Below, piece by piece: positions 61,396 through 64,000 of a stretch of 64,000 bases of DNA; the stretch's first letter is position 1, and each line of letters opens with the position of its first letter. A program made the translations under genes and the position numbers. A model generated the notes under the pieces. The model had not been told where the DNA came from. It did no database searches and saw only the letters and a list, made by a program, of their open reading frames with translations. Source of the stretch: Cycas panzhihuaensis (lineage: Eukaryota > Plantae > Cycadophyta); assembly GCA_023213395.1 (NCBI GenBank), contig CM041465.1:121651741-121715740 (forward strand). The letters run 5' to 3'.

Positions 61396-64000
61396 TATTA
61401 GAATATAATGTCTAATCCTTTGTATATTAATGTATTATAATTAGTGACTTAACTATAACATTTAATATAAGTCATGTAACATAGATGTAATTTATTATGT
61501 TGGTCATGCCTCTAACCCTAACATATTATTAGAGGCTTCCTATATAAATATGTATAATACCTCTCAATATACTCAAGGGAGTTCATTATCTTCTACGATC
61601 TTTGATTCACTTTGGCTCATCTGCTCTAACATGGTATCAAAGCCACTCTTGCTGCCTGCGAGTTCTCTGAACTGACGATTTCGTACCATCATACAGACAG
61701 ATCCGTACAATTGCATGGACCAAATTCAGTGTGCTCATAATTGTCCAAAAAATGGTGAGTAGGTGTGCCTCACCAAGCTAAGTGACTTTTGCTAAAGGCG
61801 TGATCCCAGATTCTGGCTCATTTGCCCTAGATCTAAGAAAATATGGTTGCCACCCATGTGAGGCTTCTCAGGTCCATTTCTCTCTGTACAGAGTGATTTA
61901 CTAGTCAAATTTGGTATCAAATTAAATCTCTTAAAGAGAGCTTTTCGATGATATATGGTACGATGCTGCTCACTGCACATGTGAAAAGAAATAAAGAAAA
62001 TTATCAAAAAAGCCTAGCCACCACTCTAGATTTTGACCTTGTTTTTCTTAGCAACAAAATGTCAGATAAGAAATCTGACACCAGATCCGAGCTCAACTTG
62101 AAAAAAAAATTCTTTTGAGTCTAGTTTTGAGGAATTTCGAGAAAGTCAATTTTTGGCCCTTACCAGTTCGTACGGCCTACTACACTACAAATCCACTCGA
62201 TTCAGGGAAGTCTCCTCAGTTTAATCCTCCTGCATTTCTCATTTACTTATTCTATATTTGAAGTTTCTTCTTTCATTATTAAGAAAAAAAGGAAGGACGA
62301 AAATATTCTTTTTATCACTTCACTTTTCATAGTTGCATCTTCACTATCTCTGTTTTCTCCTCCATGGGTAGATAAGTCTGCTTGGCAACTACCCGTTCCC
62401 GACTATAGAGACCCTATTCTGAGGGTCTATAAAAATCACGAGGATCTGTCATTTTGGGCTAAGCGCATTGTGGGTTTTTTGCCTTCTGCATGAAGAATTG
62501 GACATCACACTCTTGAACCAAGCCTTAGATAGAAATCGACTACGAAATTGTGCCTCCACGTACCTACGGATATATAGGAGGACTCTATAGGACCTTGATC
62601 CCATCCTAGAATAGGGAGCCTGACCGCCCGTTGAAACCTCGTAGTGCAGTGGTTAGCGGTTAGTTCCACGAAGCTACCAATCTCGAATCCCTTCTGGAGG
62701 TTTATCGACGGGCCTACGAGTCTAGGCAATCCTATGTCTAGACTTGATAGAGCTCATCATGGCCTCCTCTCTCTGCCTTACTAAGTCTGAAAAACTTACT
62801 AGGGATAACTGTGAGTCTTGGAAGACTAAGATGAGATCTATTCTTGTGGCTCAAGGAGCATGGGACTAGATAGAGAATATCAAAGTAGAACCTATCGATG
62901 TTGCAGAAAGGAAGATATACTTAGAGCAGAAAGGCCTTGCCCTTGCCTCCATTACTCTATCTATTGTGGATGCTATTTTGCCTCATATAGCTAGTGTTGC
63001 CACCCCTCACGAGGCATGGACCACTTTGAGGACCTTATATGCTCAAACATCACTGCTCGCATCATGGCTCTGAAATATCAAATGGATTTACTAAAGATGT
63101 TAGAGTCAAAGGACTTCACCACATTCTTTGCCTGCTTCAAGCTGCTAAATGAGAACTTGGTGTCTGTTGGAGTCACCTATTCTGATGGTGATCTCATTGA
63201 CCTCATAATACACAAGCTTCCTGGCCAATTCAAAAATTTTGTCACCTGCTACAAGATGGCGGTCAAAATAGCTTAGCCTTCCTTTGCTACCATATGTGGA
63301 TAACTCTTTCACTACGAGCAAACTAAAACCAACTTGGAAAATGAACTAGAGAATGCTTTTTCATCCAGAGCTAGTATCTGGGGCAGGAGCAATCCTACTA
63401 GAGGAAATCTTCGTGGCACTAATCAAGGGAGAAGATGCTCAACCAACTACAATTTTGGAAGAGGACAATCTCTTCCACGTCCAAATACACAACAATATTT
63501 TGGAGAATGGTTCGGCCATCAAATCATATGTTCCTACTGTGGAAAAACCCGGTCCTTATACCACTAATTGTTGTCATTGTAAGGCTGATCTAGAAAGGGG
63601 CATTATAGCATTAGGGAGCTACTCCAGGCAATCCGAGAAGAATGAGTCCACAAAAACAAAAGAAGAAGAGACAACATTTGTTACTGCACTTTCCTCAACT
63701 ATATGCAACCAAAGCAAAGATGACTGGTTCATAGACTCAGGAGCTTCCAGGCACATGACTCATAGGTGAAACTAGTTTAGCACCGTAACTCCTCTTTAGG
63801 GTGTAGGATCAGTTGAGCTTGGAGATGACACCACTCATGCAATATAAGGACGTAGAACTGTTCCAGTTGTCATGCCAAATGGAAACATTAAAAAAGTTGG
63901 CCGAGTACCCTGTGTACTTGGGATGATTGAAAACTTACTGTCCATCTCCCAACTGGCCGACAATAGACTCCAATTCTTGTTTGATGGTGATGGATGTATT
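61396..64000 (+). mobile_element. Copia element running off the window (LTR 61396-61631, PBS, UTR, gag, protease)
   Basis: PBS TGGTATCAAAGC at 61632; gag EAWTTLRTLY and CSYCGK; protease WFIDSGASRHM. Confidence 0.9.

Overview
This 64 kb window is AT-rich plant nuclear DNA made almost entirely of nested, decayed transposons, with no intact host gene. It holds Ty1/copia elements, three chromovirus-type and one Athila-like Ty3/gypsy element, solo LTRs and a hAT transposase relic. The standout is a pair of related non-autonomous copia-derived LTR elements, at 22085-26664 and 43540-47786. Each has paired short LTRs, a 5-bp TSD, a tRNA-iMet PBS and a PPT, and each carries a different string of captured host-gene fragments between the PBS and a collapsed gag-pol relic. 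Element 1 carries, all in sense, RRP15, DUF1764, a group-C MAP kinase, the cytochrome-b5 domain of a delta-5 desaturase and a GTD/zein-binding (MyoB) domain. Element 2 carries, in antisense, a MOK/LF4-type kinase and a plastid EF-Tu fragment. The cargo suggests a seed-free host with flagellated sperm, such as a fern or lycophyte (inference). All protein assignments are from motif recognition by eye; no database search was run.
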